Shown here piece after piece: positions 44,734-55,253 of a DNA stretch of 64,000 bases (the stretch's first letter is position 1; every line of letters begins with the position of its first letter). The DNA is taken from the NCBI GenBank assembly GCA_016199805.1, contig JACQGC010000004.1, forward strand, positions 19,816 through 83,815. The letters are read 5' to 3'. Origin of the DNA: Candidatus Nomurabacteria bacterium (GTDB lineage: Bacteria > Patescibacteriota > Minisyncoccia > Phycocordibacterales > UBA9973). Below the pieces are notes generated by a model that was given only the letters and a program-made list of their open reading frames with translations, searched no databases and was not told where the DNA came from. The position numbers and the translations under genes were made by a program.

Positions 44734-46428
44734 ATGAATTTTTTAAATAAAATAAAATTATATATTTTTGCGCATAAATTCATAACTCTCATCGCGGTTA
44801 TTTTGGTCATCGGTGGTGGATATTTTGTTTATGGAAAAATAAACAGCTCTGCGGGAGAAACCCGCTATGTGTTGTCACCGGTTACCAGGGGCACGATTAT
44901 TTCCTCCGTCGACGGCAGTGGCCAAGTATCGGTTTTAAACCAAGTCACCATCAATCCGACCGTTTCAGGGGCACTCACCGGTGTGTATGTAAAACCCGGA
45001 GACAAAGTCGGGCAAGGTAAAACTCTTTTCATTATAGATGACACAACCGCACAAAAAGCAGTCCGCGACGCGCAAATAAATCTGCAAAATGCGAACCTGG
45101 CCCTGCAGAAACTCCAGCTTCAAAACTCTGATACAAACTTAAATACGGCTCTGTCAAAATCTTACGACGACGGCTTCAGCACCGCATCAAACACATTCCT
45201 GGACCTGCCGGGAATTATGAACGGGCTAAATACTATGTTCTTCACCAGTGTTGTCAGTAAAAATGGACAATGGAGCGTAGACTGGTATGCGGAACAAGTG
45301 TCAAATGCCGACACCGACGATGTGCAACCTTATAAACAAAATTTTGTTGATGCTTACAACACGGCGTTAAAAGCGTACAATGCAAATTTTGATAATTTTA
45401 AATCTGTCTCTCGAAGCTCGAACAGCGCAACCTTGGAAGCCCTCATCTCGCAAACTTATACGGATGTGAAACTGATATCCAGCGCCATAAAAAGTGCCAA
45501 TAACTACATTGACTTCGTCAATGCTTCCATTCAGAAGATTAACAACACTCCTCCGGCAATAATCGCCACCAACCAAGCAACTTTGAACACTTACACTGCG
45601 CAAGCTAATACCGATTTGCAAAATTTACTGTCGACTGAAAGCCAAATACAAAGCGCCAAGGATTCTTTTTCGAGTAGCGATTTAAATACCCAGTCGACTC
45701 AGATATCCATCAAGCAAGCGCAAAATTCCCTGCTGGATGCGCAAAATAATTTGGCTGATTACTACATAAAAGCTCCTTTTAGCGGAGTCATCGCCAGTGT
45801 GCCCGTCATCAAAGGTAACAACGTAAGTTCCGGAACGACCTTGGCGACAATCATTACCTCGGAAGATTTGGCTACTGTCACTTTGAATGAAGTGGATGTG
45901 GCCAAGATATCCCTCGGAGAAAAAACGACTCTTACTTTCAGCGCAATCCCTGACCTAACCATTACAGGCCAGGTAGTACAGATTGATTCGCTCGGAACCG
46001 TTTCTCAGGGAGTCGTGAACTACGGCGTAAAAATAAGTTTTGATACTACCGATGCCAGAGTGAAACCCGGAATGAGTGTAGACGCAAAAATAATCACCAA
46101 AGTAGAACAAAATGTTTTGACTGTCCCGAATGTCGCTGTCAAAAAACAAGGAACAACAAGTTATGTGCAAATGTTTGACACTACCCTGCCAGCTCCGGCC
46201 ACCGGCACACAAGGTTCTGTTTCTCTTGTTCCGCCAAGAAATCAAGATGTGGAGATTGGCATTTCTGATGCGACACTTACAGAGATTACATCAGGTCTAA
46301 ATGAAGGAGATGAAATAGTCACCAAGACAATAACTTCAACGACCAAAACTACAACCACGGCGCCTAGCATCCTGGGCTCTCCGGCAGGCGGAGCTCGAGG
46401 AGGCGGAGGTATAAGAATAGGCGGGTAA
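44734..46428 (+). CDS. efflux membrane fusion protein (MacA/HlyD-like)
   Basis: [24 protein letters not shown] and KPGMSV motifs; long coiled coil. Confidence 0.9.
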   Translation: MNFLNKIKLYIFAHKFITLIAVILVIGGGYFVYGKINSSAGETRYVLSPVTRGTIISSVDGSGQVSVLNQVTINPTVSGALTGVYVKPGDKVGQGKTLFIIDDTTAQKAVRDAQINLQNANLALQKLQLQNSDTNLNTALSKSYDDGFSTASNTFLDLPGIMNGLNTMFFTSVVSKNGQWSVDWYAEQVSNADTDDVQPYKQNFVDAYNTALKAYNANFDNFKSVSRSSNSATLEALISQTYTDVKLISSAIKSANNYIDFVNASIQKINNTPPAIIATNQATLNTYTAQANTDLQNLLSTESQIQSAKDSFSSSDLNTQSTQISIKQAQNSLLDAQNNLADYYIKAPFSGVIASVPVIKGNNVSSGTTLATIITSEDLATVTLNEVDVAKISLGEKTTLTFSAIPDLTITGQVVQIDSLGTVSQGVVNYGVKISFDTTDARVKPGMSVDAKIITKVEQNVLTVPNVAVKKQGTTSYVQMFDTTLPAPATGTQGSVSLVPPRNQDVEIGISDATLTEITSGLNEGDEIVTKTITSTTKTTTTAPSILGSPAGGARGGGGIRIGG

Positions 46429-46435
46429 AACTTCC

Positions 46436-47137
46436 ATGATAGAAATAAAAGATATCACAAAAACATACAAGACAGGTGATGTGGAATTCCAGGCCCTAAG
46501 AGGGGTCAGCTTTATCATCAAGGATGGAGAATTTGTGGCCATCATGGGTCCGTCCGGTTCCGGAAAATCGACCTTGATGCACATATTGGGCGCGCTAGAC
46601 AATCCGACAGACGGAACATATTTCTTGGATGGAAAAGACGTTTCAAAATTGACCGACGACGAACTGGCCGACATACGCAAAGACAAGATTGGTTTTGTTT
46701 TCCAGTCTTTCAACCTGCTTCCCCGAACGACCGTCCTGCGCAATGTTATCCTTCCACTTATATATGACGGAATAAATCCAAATGAGAGAGAAGAGCGAGC
46801 AAAAAAAGCTCTTGTCTTGGCCGGTCTAGATGAAGGCCATTTTTTAAATTTATCAAACCAACTTTCCGGCGGACAAATCCAACGCGTGGCCATCGCCCGT
46901 GCGCTAGTAAACAATCCATCTCTCATTTTGGCCGATGAACCAACGGGAAACTTGGATTCTAAGACAAGTGAAATAGTTTTGGGCACTTTTCAAAAATTAA
47001 ATAAAGAACTTGGTCGCACTATAATCCTCATCACTCACGAGCAAGACATTGCCGAACACGCCGACCGTATACTTTTTATAAAAGACGGGTTGCTGGAACA
47101 TCGCGAGCCACACATTAAAAGAATAGCGAAAAATTAA
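46436..47137 (+). CDS. ABC transporter ATP-binding protein (MacB/LolD-like)
   Basis: [24 protein letters not shown]. Confidence 0.95.
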   Translation: MIEIKDITKTYKTGDVEFQALRGVSFIIKDGEFVAIMGPSGSGKSTLMHILGALDNPTDGTYFLDGKDVSKLTDDELADIRKDKIGFVFQSFNLLPRTTVLRNVILPLIYDGINPNEREERAKKALVLAGLDEGHFLNLSNQLSGGQIQRVAIARALVNNPSLILADEPTGNLDSKTSEIVLGTFQKLNKELGRTIILITHEQDIAEHADRILFIKDGLLEHREPHIKRIAKN

Positions 47138-47141
47138 TTCG

Positions 47142-48365
47142 ATGAAAAACTCAGATTTATTACATGAAACATATTCCGCTCTCTCTGCCAACAAAGCACG
47201 CTCTGGCTTAACCATGCTCGGGATTATTATCGGCATTGCTTCGGTCATAGCCATGACGGCTATCGGACAGGGAGCGCAAAATTCCGTCTCGGCTAGCATC
47301 GAATCCATCGGGGCAAATTTATTATTGGTCATGCCCGGAGCCGTGCGTACTTTTGGCGGACCTTCCGGTGGTCGTGGAGGAGCGCAGAGCCTGACAGTGG
47401 CAGACGCAGACGCTATCGCTTCTCAAGTTTCAAATGTGGCTGGGGTAGTACGGGAAGTAAGTGCCCGAGAGCAAGTAGTCGGCACCGGAACAAACACAAA
47501 CACAAACATTATCGGCACAGAACCGGCATATTTACCGGTTCGCAATGTGGCTATCGATGAGGGAAATTTCATAACCGACCAAAATGTGGCAAGCGGTGAT
47601 AAGGTCGCCGTCTTGGGCCCCACAGCTAGAGATGATTTGTTTGGAGCAGGTGCTACCGGAGTCGTTGGGCAAACAGTCCGTATCAATGGCGGAGAATACA
47701 CCATTGTCGGTATAATCGTAGCCAAGGGCGGTTCCGGTTTTAGTAATGCAGACGATGTAATATATGTCCCCTACACCACCGCGCAACGCTATCTTTCCGG
47801 AAATAAATATTTAAGCGAGATTGATGTGCAAGCAGTTAGCTCCGATGTCGCCACCCTAGTACAGAATGATGTGACCACTCTATTACTCACCCAGCACAAC
47901 ATCTCCGATCCCACTAAGGCAGACTTTAATGTATTAAACGAAGCATCTATTATTGCCACGGCATCCAGTGTCACTGGCACATTTACCGCCCTCTTGGCGG
48001 CAGTGGCGGGAATCTCGCTCGTGGTCGGCGGCATCGGCATCATGAATATGATGCTCACCACGGTGACCGAACGCACGCGGGAAATCGGTTTACGCAAAGC
48101 CATTGGCGCCAAAAAAAGTGACATCAATAAACAGTTTTTGGTCGAAGCCATAATGCTGACCTTTATCGGCGGAGTAATCGGAGTTATTTTAGGGTGGCTG
48201 ATATCTTTCGGGGTGACCCAGCTCGGAATACTGCAAGCCTCTGTCTCTCTTTCATCTATAATTCTGGCTTTCTGTGTGTCAGCGGCAATTGGAATCATCT
48301 TCGGCTACTACCCCGCCCGTCGCGCGGCGCAGTTGAGTCCGATAGATGCGTTGAGGTATGAATAG
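47142..48365 (+). CDS. ABC transporter permease (MacB/FtsX-like)
   Basis: RSGLTMLGIIIG; GGIGIMNMML..V.ERTREIGLRKAIGA. Confidence 0.95.
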   Translation: MKNSDLLHETYSALSANKARSGLTMLGIIIGIASVIAMTAIGQGAQNSVSASIESIGANLLLVMPGAVRTFGGPSGGRGGAQSLTVADADAIASQVSNVAGVVREVSAREQVVGTGTNTNTNIIGTEPAYLPVRNVAIDEGNFITDQNVASGDKVAVLGPTARDDLFGAGATGVVGQTVRINGGEYTIVGIIVAKGGSGFSNADDVIYVPYTTAQRYLSGNKYLSEIDVQAVSSDVATLVQNDVTTLLLTQHNISDPTKADFNVLNEASIIATASSVTGTFTALLAAVAGISLVVGGIGIMNMMLTTVTERTREIGLRKAIGAKKSDINKQFLVEAIMLTFIGGVIGVILGWLISFGVTQLGILQASVSLSSIILAFCVSAAIGIIFGYYPARRAAQLSPIDALRYE

Positions 48366-48402
48366 AAAAATATTATTAGAATTATTAATTTAGTAAAATA
48401 AA

Positions 48403-48822
48403 ATGAATACAAATAAAAAAATCGGTTTCGTAGTTTTGGGGATTATAGTTTTAGCGGGAGTGTTTTATGGAGGTATGACTTATGGCGGAAACAATGTGCG
48501 AGCGGCTATAATGAGCAGAACTGGGGGCGCTGGAAATTTTGCCGGCAGAATGGGGGGAGCAAGAAATGCCAGTGGATTTACCATTGGGCAAATTATTTCA
48601 AAGGATGCGACTAGCATTACCGTCAGCATGCAAACCGGTGGCTCTAAAATAATCTTCCTAGACAAGAGCACCCCGATTACAAAACAAGTAGCTGGAGCCC
48701 TGTCTGACCTGGCAGTAGGCACAGATGTATCAATCACCGGCACAGCCAACACCGATGGCAGCATCAGCGCAACAGCGGTGCAAATTAGACCAAACATGCC
48801 TCAAGGTGCTAGAGTACAGTAA
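48403..48822 (+). CDS. membrane-anchored DUF5666-like protein
   Basis: TM, Gly-rich linker, GQIISKD...DLAVG..V.ITG. Confidence 0.65.
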   Translation: MNTNKKIGFVVLGIIVLAGVFYGGMTYGGNNVRAAIMSRTGGAGNFAGRMGGARNASGFTIGQIISKDATSITVSMQTGGSKIIFLDKSTPITKQVAGALSDLAVGTDVSITGTANTDGSISATAVQIRPNMPQGARVQ

Positions 48823-49469
48823 TGCGAATTAACAAGTATTTAGCCGATAAAAAAATATCTACCCGCCGGGGCGCGGATGAACTTGTAAAAAATAAGAAGG
48901 TTTTTATCAATGGTAAACTGGCCGAACTCGGCAGCCAGGTAAACGAAAGCGACGAAGTGGAAGTAAAAAACGCCAAAGCTAAAAATTACCAGTATTTTGC
49001 TTACAATAAGCCCATCGGCATAGAAACAGACTCTCCAAAAACGGGCTTATTTCCTCTGGGTCGCCTGGATAAGGCCTCTCATGGCCTTTTGATACTGACC
49101 AACGACGGACGCATCACCGACCAACTCTTAAATCCAAAATACATTCACGAAAAAGAATACTTGGTCCGAACTTCCAATAAACTCCGTTCAAACTTCAAAG
49201 CGAAAATGGAAGCCGGAGTGAATATAGAGGGTTATGAAACCAAGCCATGCAAAGTGAAAATATTAAACGACTTTGAATTCAGAGTAACCTTAACAGAAGG
49301 CAAGAAACACCAAATCCGCCGCATGTGCGCGAACCTTTTCCAAGAAATAGCCGACCTGAAAAGAGAAAGAATTATGAATATAAAATTGGGCAATCTGAAA
49401 CTTGGCGGAGTGAGAGAAATAAATGGTGAAGAATTGAAAACTTTTTTGGATTCATTGCTCAAAATTTAA
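48822..49469 (+). CDS. RsuA/RluB/RluF-family pseudouridine synthase
   Basis: S4 domain RINKYLA; GRLDKASHGLLILTNDG; EGKKHQIRRM. Confidence 0.93.
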   Translation: MRINKYLADKKISTRRGADELVKNKKVFINGKLAELGSQVNESDEVEVKNAKAKNYQYFAYNKPIGIETDSPKTGLFPLGRLDKASHGLLILTNDGRITDQLLNPKYIHEKEYLVRTSNKLRSNFKAKMEAGVNIEGYETKPCKVKILNDFEFRVTLTEGKKHQIRRMCANLFQEIADLKRERIMNIKLGNLKLGGVREINGEELKTFLDSLLKI

Positions 49470-49505
49470 TTTTTTAAAAACTTACTACACGCAAACTTCA
49501 ATCAT

Positions 49506-50345
49506 CTATTCAATCCACGGTGTAGCCTTTATTGCTACTACTATATGCCAAAAATCTTTGTTGCTGAATTGGGCAAATGCAGAATAAGAAGTGAAGGTAT
49601 TAATTTTATGAATATTGAAAGTAAATCTAATCATTCCTTTATATTCTTTAAAACGATATTTGCTTAAACTTACCATCTCACTCATTCCGTTTGGTCCCCC
49701 ATGTATATAAGATGAAAGCTCTGAATATTCTGGAATAATCATTTCAATAAAACTATTTTTAGCATATGTAACATTTTTTAATAAATAAGCAACCATTTCT
49801 CTATAATTAAATTGCTGTGACTTTTTCTTTATTTCTTCTTTAGAATATTTCCCTAAATCAGCTCTGTGTTTGATTAACAAGTCCCATGGATCCTTTTTGC
49901 TTTCCTGAGAAGAAAGAATTTCCAATAACCATTTTAAGGAATTACCATATTTCACATCTTCATCAAAAGAACAAAAGGTGTTGTACTCTTGACCCACTGT
50001 ATCCGTTTTTTCACTAGTTAACCTTGCGAATATATAATTTGCCTTTATCCAATGCTCCATCATTATTATATAAAGAGCTTTTGCGGTAATCATGTTATCA
50101 TTTTCACATTCATCAAATATACCCAATTTAATACTATTCATCCTCCAGAGTAAATTTAAAAGAGCCTGTAAACTTTGTTTCATTGGTGAATCTTTTATTG
50201 ACTCAAAAACAATAACCATGGAATTGCTGAACAACTTAAAAAGCTCATCATCTTTATCTCGAGCTGTTTCAAGCCATTCTAGGAATTTCTCTCTTTCTTT
50301 TTCTTGTAAGTCTAATTCTTTTTTGTTTCCAAATTTATTTTTCAT
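49506..50345 (-). CDS. DUF5677-like (HEPN-related) protein
   Basis: Y..LSSYIHG motif; AT-rich relative to flanks. Confidence 0.55.
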   Translation of the reverse strand: MKNKFGNKKELDLQEKEREKFLEWLETARDKDDELFKLFSNSMVIVFESIKDSPMKQSLQALLNLLWRMNSIKLGIFDECENDNMITAKALYIIMMEHWIKANYIFARLTSEKTDTVGQEYNTFCSFDEDVKYGNSLKWLLEILSSQESKKDPWDLLIKHRADLGKYSKEEIKKKSQQFNYREMVAYLLKNVTYAKNSFIEMIIPEYSELSSYIHGGPNGMSEMVSLSKYRFKEYKGMIRFTFNIHKINTFTSYSAFAQFSNKDFWHIVVAIKATPWIE

Positions 50346-50395
50346 ACTTTATAAAAACACTACTACTAGTACCCCCTTTTAGCAAACGAATTTTT

Positions 50396-50474
50396 TTCCT
50401 CTCCTTTCCATGAGATGGTTAGGGTGAGGTTGTTCCCCTCGCCAGTACTATGGAGAGGGGTTGGGGGTGAGGTT
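50396..50474. repeat. tandem degenerate CCCCTCTCC/GGGTGAGGT palindromic elements
   Basis: two copies each ending GGGTGAGGTT, same family as 6513, 32337, 54601 and 55231. Confidence 0.65.
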
Positions 50475-50492
50475 TTAGTGATGTCTGAATTT

Positions 50493-51989
50493 CTATTTTT
50501 CCAAATCCAAAATTTCATCAATCCTGATTTGTTTGACAAATTCGGGTACGTGGGAGACTAATATCATCGCGCCTTTGTATTTGTCCAGCGCTTCGGCTAT
50601 TATCGGCAGATGGCGGAAGTTTATGTGGTTGGTCGGCTCGTCCAGGATGAGCAGCCCTGGCTTTTGGAGCACCAGTCTGGCAAAGGCCACCAGCCCTTTT
50701 TGTCCCTCGGACAAATCATCAATCTTGGTGCGGATAAATTCTCCGGTGATGAGGAATCCCGCAGCCACAGAACGCATATGCTCTTCGTTCAGTCTCTCTC
50801 CCCCTTCCAGCATCGCTTGCGACAGGGATTGATATACAGTATCGTCAAAATTCAGCGTAGAAAAATCTTGGCGGTAATATCCGATACGGATTCCTTCGGC
50901 CACTTTTTCTCCCTCGGCATGCCCGCTCGCCAACCTTTCCAGCAACGTGGTCTTACCAATACCATTTGGCCCTTGTAATAGCAGATGGTGTCCTTTATTT
51001 AAAGAAATATTGCATTTGCGTTTGGCAATTTTGCCGTTTTTCATCGTGGTGAAAGAAGAAATTTTTAAAATCTCTCCTATCAGGTCCGGCTGGGCGGGAA
51101 TAACAAAAGGCCGAATGGATTTGTCCTCTTTACGCACGTCTACAATCTCTTCTTCCAGTTCCTCGGCTTTCTCGCGCATCCGTTTGGCCACCAGGCGCAA
51201 CCGTCCGCCCTTGTAAGCGAAAACGTTGGCCTGTTCTTTCTTGGCCTGAATTTCTTTTTGCAGCTGCGCGTTTTTCATATTTTCTTTTTCCACCCTAGCG
51301 GTGATGTCTCTCACCACGTTGAAATAGTTTCCGACATACTGCTCTATTTTTTTGGTGTAAACATCCAGATAAAGCACGCCTTCAGTGAAGGCATTCAAAA
51401 ATTCCGCGTCGTGGGAAATGACCAGCACTGTTTTTTTGTAATTTACCAAAAAATTTGTCAGGTGGGCGATGCCCGCTTTGTCCAAATTGTTTGTCGGCTC
51501 GTCCAAGAGGAGCAGGTCCGGGTCTTGGATGAGGGCGGAAGCCAAAAGCAAACGTGCTTGCTGACCGCCGGAAAAAGTTTTGATAATTCTATCGTGAACT
51601 TTTGTGTGCCCTTTCAGATTTACCACTTCCAAAACATCGTCAATCTTTGGGTCTAAGTCATACACCTTATTTTTAAAACATTTGGCAAAAAATTCCCGCA
51701 CTGTCAGGTCGAGCTCATTCCTCTGAATAATTTGGTTGGCGGAAGCGATACTGACTCCGTTCACAATATTTATGATTCCCGATTCCGGCTTATATAAACC
51801 GGAAATCAAGCCAAAAATAGTACTTTTGCCGGCGCCATTCTGGCCCATCAGGGCGAATTTCATCCCCCGGCGAATAGTAAAACTTACTCCATCCAAAATG
51901 GGTTTATTCACGTCCCATTCAAATGAAACATTATCAAATCTGGCTATTGTTTCTTGATTTTTTATGTTTTCCTTGGGCTCCTTGGACAT
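50493..51989 (-). CDS. ABC-F family ATP-binding protein
   Basis: two ABC domains (GQNGAGKST, GPNGIGKTT), DEPTN motifs, no TM. Confidence 0.93.
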   Translation of the reverse strand: MSKEPKENIKNQETIARFDNVSFEWDVNKPILDGVSFTIRRGMKFALMGQNGAGKSTIFGLISGLYKPESGIINIVNGVSIASANQIIQRNELDLTVREFFAKCFKNKVYDLDPKIDDVLEVVNLKGHTKVHDRIIKTFSGGQQARLLLASALIQDPDLLLLDEPTNNLDKAGIAHLTNFLVNYKKTVLVISHDAEFLNAFTEGVLYLDVYTKKIEQYVGNYFNVVRDITARVEKENMKNAQLQKEIQAKKEQANVFAYKGGRLRLVAKRMREKAEELEEEIVDVRKEDKSIRPFVIPAQPDLIGEILKISSFTTMKNGKIAKRKCNISLNKGHHLLLQGPNGIGKTTLLERLASGHAEGEKVAEGIRIGYYRQDFSTLNFDDTVYQSLSQAMLEGGERLNEEHMRSVAAGFLITGEFIRTKIDDLSEGQKGLVAFARLVLQKPGLLILDEPTNHINFRHLPIIAEALDKYKGAMILVSHVPEFVKQIRIDEILDLEK

Positions 51990-52052
51990 TGGTATAGATT
52001 AGCTTATTTGGACCAAAATAGCCAGTAAAATTGACGTGAAATGACTTTTTGC

Positions 52053-52081
52053 TTGACAAATGGGTTTGAATATACTATACT
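52053..52081 (+). promoter_or_regulatory. sigma70 promoter of cold-shock gene
   Basis: TTGACA-17nt-TATACT. Confidence 0.8.
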
Positions 52082-52162
52082 TGTAGAGCAAAGTAGGTCG
52101 CGAAAAGAGTCGATTTCTAGAGTATATCTATTTGTAATTTAATAACTTAAACAAAAATATCA

Positions 52163-52360
52163 ATGACTGGTACAATAAAAAGACTCACTGATAAAGGTTT
52201 TGGCTTCATCACAGCAGAAGGACTTGCGAAAGATTTATTCTTTCACAGCAATTCTCTTGTCGGAGTAACCTTTGACGAGCTGAAAGAAGGTGATATGGTT
52301 TCTTTTGAAACCGAGGAATCACCAAAAGGATTGAATGCTACAAACGTACAACGTGCGTAA
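52163..52360 (+). CDS. cold-shock protein
   Basis: KGFGFI (RNP1) and DLFFH (RNP2) motifs. Confidence 0.95.
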   Translation: MTGTIKRLTDKGFGFITAEGLAKDLFFHSNSLVGVTFDELKEGDMVSFETEESPKGLNATNVQRA

Positions 52361-52369
52361 TATTCAGTA

Positions 52370-52405
52370 AATAAAAAACCCCGACCTAGGTCGGGGTTTT
52401 TTATT
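52370..52405. terminator. bidirectional intrinsic terminator
   Basis: ATAAAAAACCCCGACC-ta-GGTCGGGGTTTTTTAT between convergent genes. Confidence 0.9.
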
Positions 52406-53152
52406 TTATGCTTCCATTTTTTCAAACAATTGTTTGCCTATAAATAAAACCACTAGGGAGAAAGCCAGTAGAATCAAAAGGTCAATCCATGGATTAAATG
52501 CCGACATTCCTATGAAAGAATAACGCAACCCGTCAATGCCATAAGACAGCGGGTCTATGTGCCCCAGTATTTGTAACGCCTTTGGGGCAGTATCGAGCGG
52601 AAAGATTGAACCGGAAAGAAAAAACAAAGGCATCACCAAGAAGTTCATAATAATTGGAAAGGCCTGCATGTCTGTAAGTTTAGAGGCGATAGCTGTGCCG
52701 AGGGCCGTAAAGAAAAATGCGGTCAAAAACATAAAAACGATTGCCGGGATAATCATAAAAAAATTTTGCATTTTAAAACCTACCAAGAAAGAAATAATCA
52801 AAACTGCGATACCCTGGATTACGGATACAGTCGCTCCTCCGAAAGTTCGGCCAAGCATTATATTAAAACGGGAAACGGGTGCCACCATTGTTTCTTTCAA
52901 GAAACCAAATTGTCTGTCCCAGATGAGCTCGATGCCTCCAAAGATAGCCGTAAAGACCACGGCCATGGCCACGATGCCGGGCACTAAGAATTGTATATAA
53001 CTTCCACCACCCGCTTTGGCAAAAATGGAACCAAAACCAAAACCAAACACTAAAAGGAAAAGAAGTGGCTGCCCCAAAGAACCGATGATTCTCGGAGTTG
53101 ACCTGCTGTATTTTTTAAGTTGTCTCAACCAAAGGATATATATTGTGCTCAT
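52406..53152 (-). CDS. ABC-2 type transporter permease
   Basis: Y..FLVPGI, DRQFGFLKE..VAP, FLSG..FP; start reassigned to ATG 53152. Confidence 0.92.
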   Translation of the reverse strand: MSTIYILWLRQLKKYSRSTPRIIGSLGQPLLFLLVFGFGFGSIFAKAGGGSYIQFLVPGIVAMAVVFTAIFGGIELIWDRQFGFLKETMVAPVSRFNIMLGRTFGGATVSVIQGIAVLIISFLVGFKMQNFFMIIPAIVFMFLTAFFFTALGTAIASKLTDMQAFPIIMNFLVMPLFFLSGSIFPLDTAPKALQILGHIDPLSYGIDGLRYSFIGMSAFNPWIDLLILLAFSLVVLFIGKQLFEKMEA

Positions 53153-53217
53153 GCGATTTTGCAAAATCGTGTCGCGCAATTGTCCATTAAAGCGCGACGT
53201 TATTTACTAATAACTTA

Positions 53218-54015
53218 CTATCTCCTGCCCCAAGCTCTCGCGTGGGAGCGCAGAGTATCTATGCTGCTAGCCTCATCGCTTCTAATGGCACTGCCGGTAA
53301 GTTTCAAAAATGCTTCTTCCAGCGACTCAGTATGGGTGTTTTTCTTCAGCTCCGCTGGAGTGCCCGAGGCCATCACCTTACCATGGTCTATTATTACCAC
53401 GCGGTCGGCCATCTTGTCCGCCTCTTCCATGTAGTGCGTAGTCAGAAATACCGTCACTCCTTCTTTTTTGGAAAGGTCCACGACATAAGACCAGATATGG
53501 TTTCGGGTTTGCGGGTCCAGCCCCACCGTCGGCTCATCCAGAAAAATTACTTTCGGTGTGTGTATGAGTGAACGCGCTATTTCCAGCCGTCTTTTCATTC
53601 CGCCGGAAAAAGTTTTGACCAAATCTTTCTGCCTGTCCCACAAATCCACCAATTTCAAAAGTTCTTCAATTCTTTTTACTCGAATATTTTTCGGAACATT
53701 ATAAAGCACCCCATGAAATTCCATATTCTCATACGCAGTCAGGTCGTCATCCAGACTCGGATCCTGAAAGACTATGCCAAAAGAATGCCGGACTTCATCC
53801 CGTTCCGTTTCTAAATTAAAATTATTTACCTTGGCTTCCCCTGTTGTCGGTTCGAGCAAGGTCGTCAGCATTTTTATCGTCGTCGTCTTGCCTGCGCCGT
53901 TTGGACCCAGAAAAGCAAAAATCTCTCCGTGCTCCACGGAAAAAGATATATTGTCCACAGCAACAAAGTCACCGAATTTTTTTGTTAAATTTTTTACTTC
54001 TATGATTTTGCCCAT
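53218..54015 (-). CDS. DrrA-like ABC transporter ATP-binding protein
   Basis: GPNGAGKTT, FSGGMKRRLEIAR, DEPTVGLDPQ. Confidence 0.95.
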   Translation of the reverse strand: MGKIIEVKNLTKKFGDFVAVDNISFSVEHGEIFAFLGPNGAGKTTTIKMLTTLLEPTTGEAKVNNFNLETERDEVRHSFGIVFQDPSLDDDLTAYENMEFHGVLYNVPKNIRVKRIEELLKLVDLWDRQKDLVKTFSGGMKRRLEIARSLIHTPKVIFLDEPTVGLDPQTRNHIWSYVVDLSKKEGVTVFLTTHYMEEADKMADRVVIIDHGKVMASGTPAELKKNTHTESLEEAFLKLTGSAIRSDEASSIDTLRSHARAWGRR

Positions 54016-54260
54016 TCTTTTAATTCTTCATAGGTGGCTTCTCCACAAATCCATTGTTTAGATTTTAAATTATAGAAAAATGGCACACCGCCACACATAT
54101 CTTTATCCAGCTCTAGCAGGCGCTTCTCGTTTTCTTCGTTGTGCCAGACTTCAATACTCTCAATCTTTATACCTTCTTCTTTTTCCAAACGCACCACGAG
54201 TTCATGCATAGTTATACAGTGTGGGCATTCGGTTCCATAAAATTCTAACAAATTATTCAT
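54000..54260 (-). CDS. thioredoxin/glutaredoxin-like protein
   Basis: CPHC active site and GVP cis-Pro motif. Confidence 0.85.
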   Translation of the reverse strand: MNNLLEFYGTECPHCITMHELVVRLEKEEGIKIESIEVWHNEENEKRLLELDKDMCGGVPFFYNLKSKQWICGEATYEELKEWAKS

Positions 54261-54304
54261 GAAATCATGATGAAGAAATTATGGGGTTTGGAGAAACCCA
54301 ACAA

Positions 54305-54556
54305 TTACTTTATTAGTTTTGATAAACGAGACTTTTTGTTAGCAGCGTTGTTTTTCTTGATGACACCTTTTTGAGCGGCTTTGTCGATGGCCTGGAAAGC
54401 CCCGGAGAGCATTTTAGCCGCTTCTTTTTTGTCGGTTTTGACGACTTTCTCAATTTTCTTGATTATTTCTTTCATGGTCTTCTTGCGCTGGTCGTTAAAG
54501 GCCTTCTTACGCAGAGAACCTCGGATTGCTTTTTTAGCTGATTGTGTTATTGGCAT
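54305..54556 (-). CDS. rpsT: 30S ribosomal protein S20
   Basis: MPITQSAKKA...IDKAAQKGVIKKN.A..KKSRL. Confidence 0.97.
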   Translation of the reverse strand: MPITQSAKKAIRGSLRKKAFNDQRKKTMKEIIKKIEKVVKTDKKEAAKMLSGAFQAIDKAAQKGVIKKNNAANKKSRLSKLIK

Positions 54557-54600
54557 ATATTGAATATAGCAAAAAAAGCCGAGAAATGCAAATTAAAAGA

Positions 54601-54638
54601 ACCTCACCCCTGCCCCTCTCCTTGTTAAGGAGAGGGGT
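54601..54638. repeat. CCTCACCCC/CCCCTCTCC palindromic element
   Basis: ACCTCACCCC-tg-CCCCTCTCCTT-gtt-AAGGAGAGGGG. Confidence 0.8.
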
Positions 54639-54658
54639 TTCTGTGCTATGATAAGTCT

Positions 54659-55225
54659 ATGATTGGCAGTATAAGAGGGAAAATAATTTTAAAAAAGGAG
54701 AAGTTTTTGATAGTGGAAGCCAGTGGAGTGGGTTATAAAATAAGTATCTCCCCAGATACATTATCTAAGACAAAAAAGCTCGGGGATGAAGCTTTTCTAT
54801 TTATTCACACGCATGTGCGCGAAGATGCGCTCGACTTGTATGGATTTTCAGATTATCAGGAGCTCGAATTTTTTGAAATGCTCATTGGCGTCTCCGGCAT
54901 TGGCCCTAAGGGCGCGCTGGCCATCCTGGGCATAGCTTCAATAGAGACACTGCGTAAGGCCATAGGCACGGGCGACACGAGTTACCTCACCAAAATTTCC
55001 GGCATAGGCAAGAAAACCGCGGAGAAAATAGTCATAGAGTTAAGAGACAAAATGGGCGAAGTTGAAAAAGGAAGTTCCATGCAAGGAGAACTGGATGCCA
55101 TGGAAGCACTGAAATCACTCGGTTATGGGCAAAGTGAAATTCGTGAAGCATTAAAAAAAGTCTCCCCTGACTCAGACACCAGCACCAAAATCCGCGAAGC
55201 TCTGAAAATATTGGGAGGAAAATAA
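54659..55225 (+). CDS. ruvA: Holliday junction branch migration protein RuvA
   Basis: GVGY, VREDALDLYGF, VSGIGPKGAL, GIGKKTAEKIVIEL. Confidence 0.97.
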   Translation: MIGSIRGKIILKKEKFLIVEASGVGYKISISPDTLSKTKKLGDEAFLFIHTHVREDALDLYGFSDYQELEFFEMLIGVSGIGPKGALAILGIASIETLRKAIGTGDTSYLTKISGIGKKTAEKIVIELRDKMGEVEKGSSMQGELDAMEALKSLGYGQSEIREALKKVSPDSDTSTKIREALKILGGK

Positions 55226-55253
55226 ATTTCTTCCCTCTCATTCCAGGAGAGGG

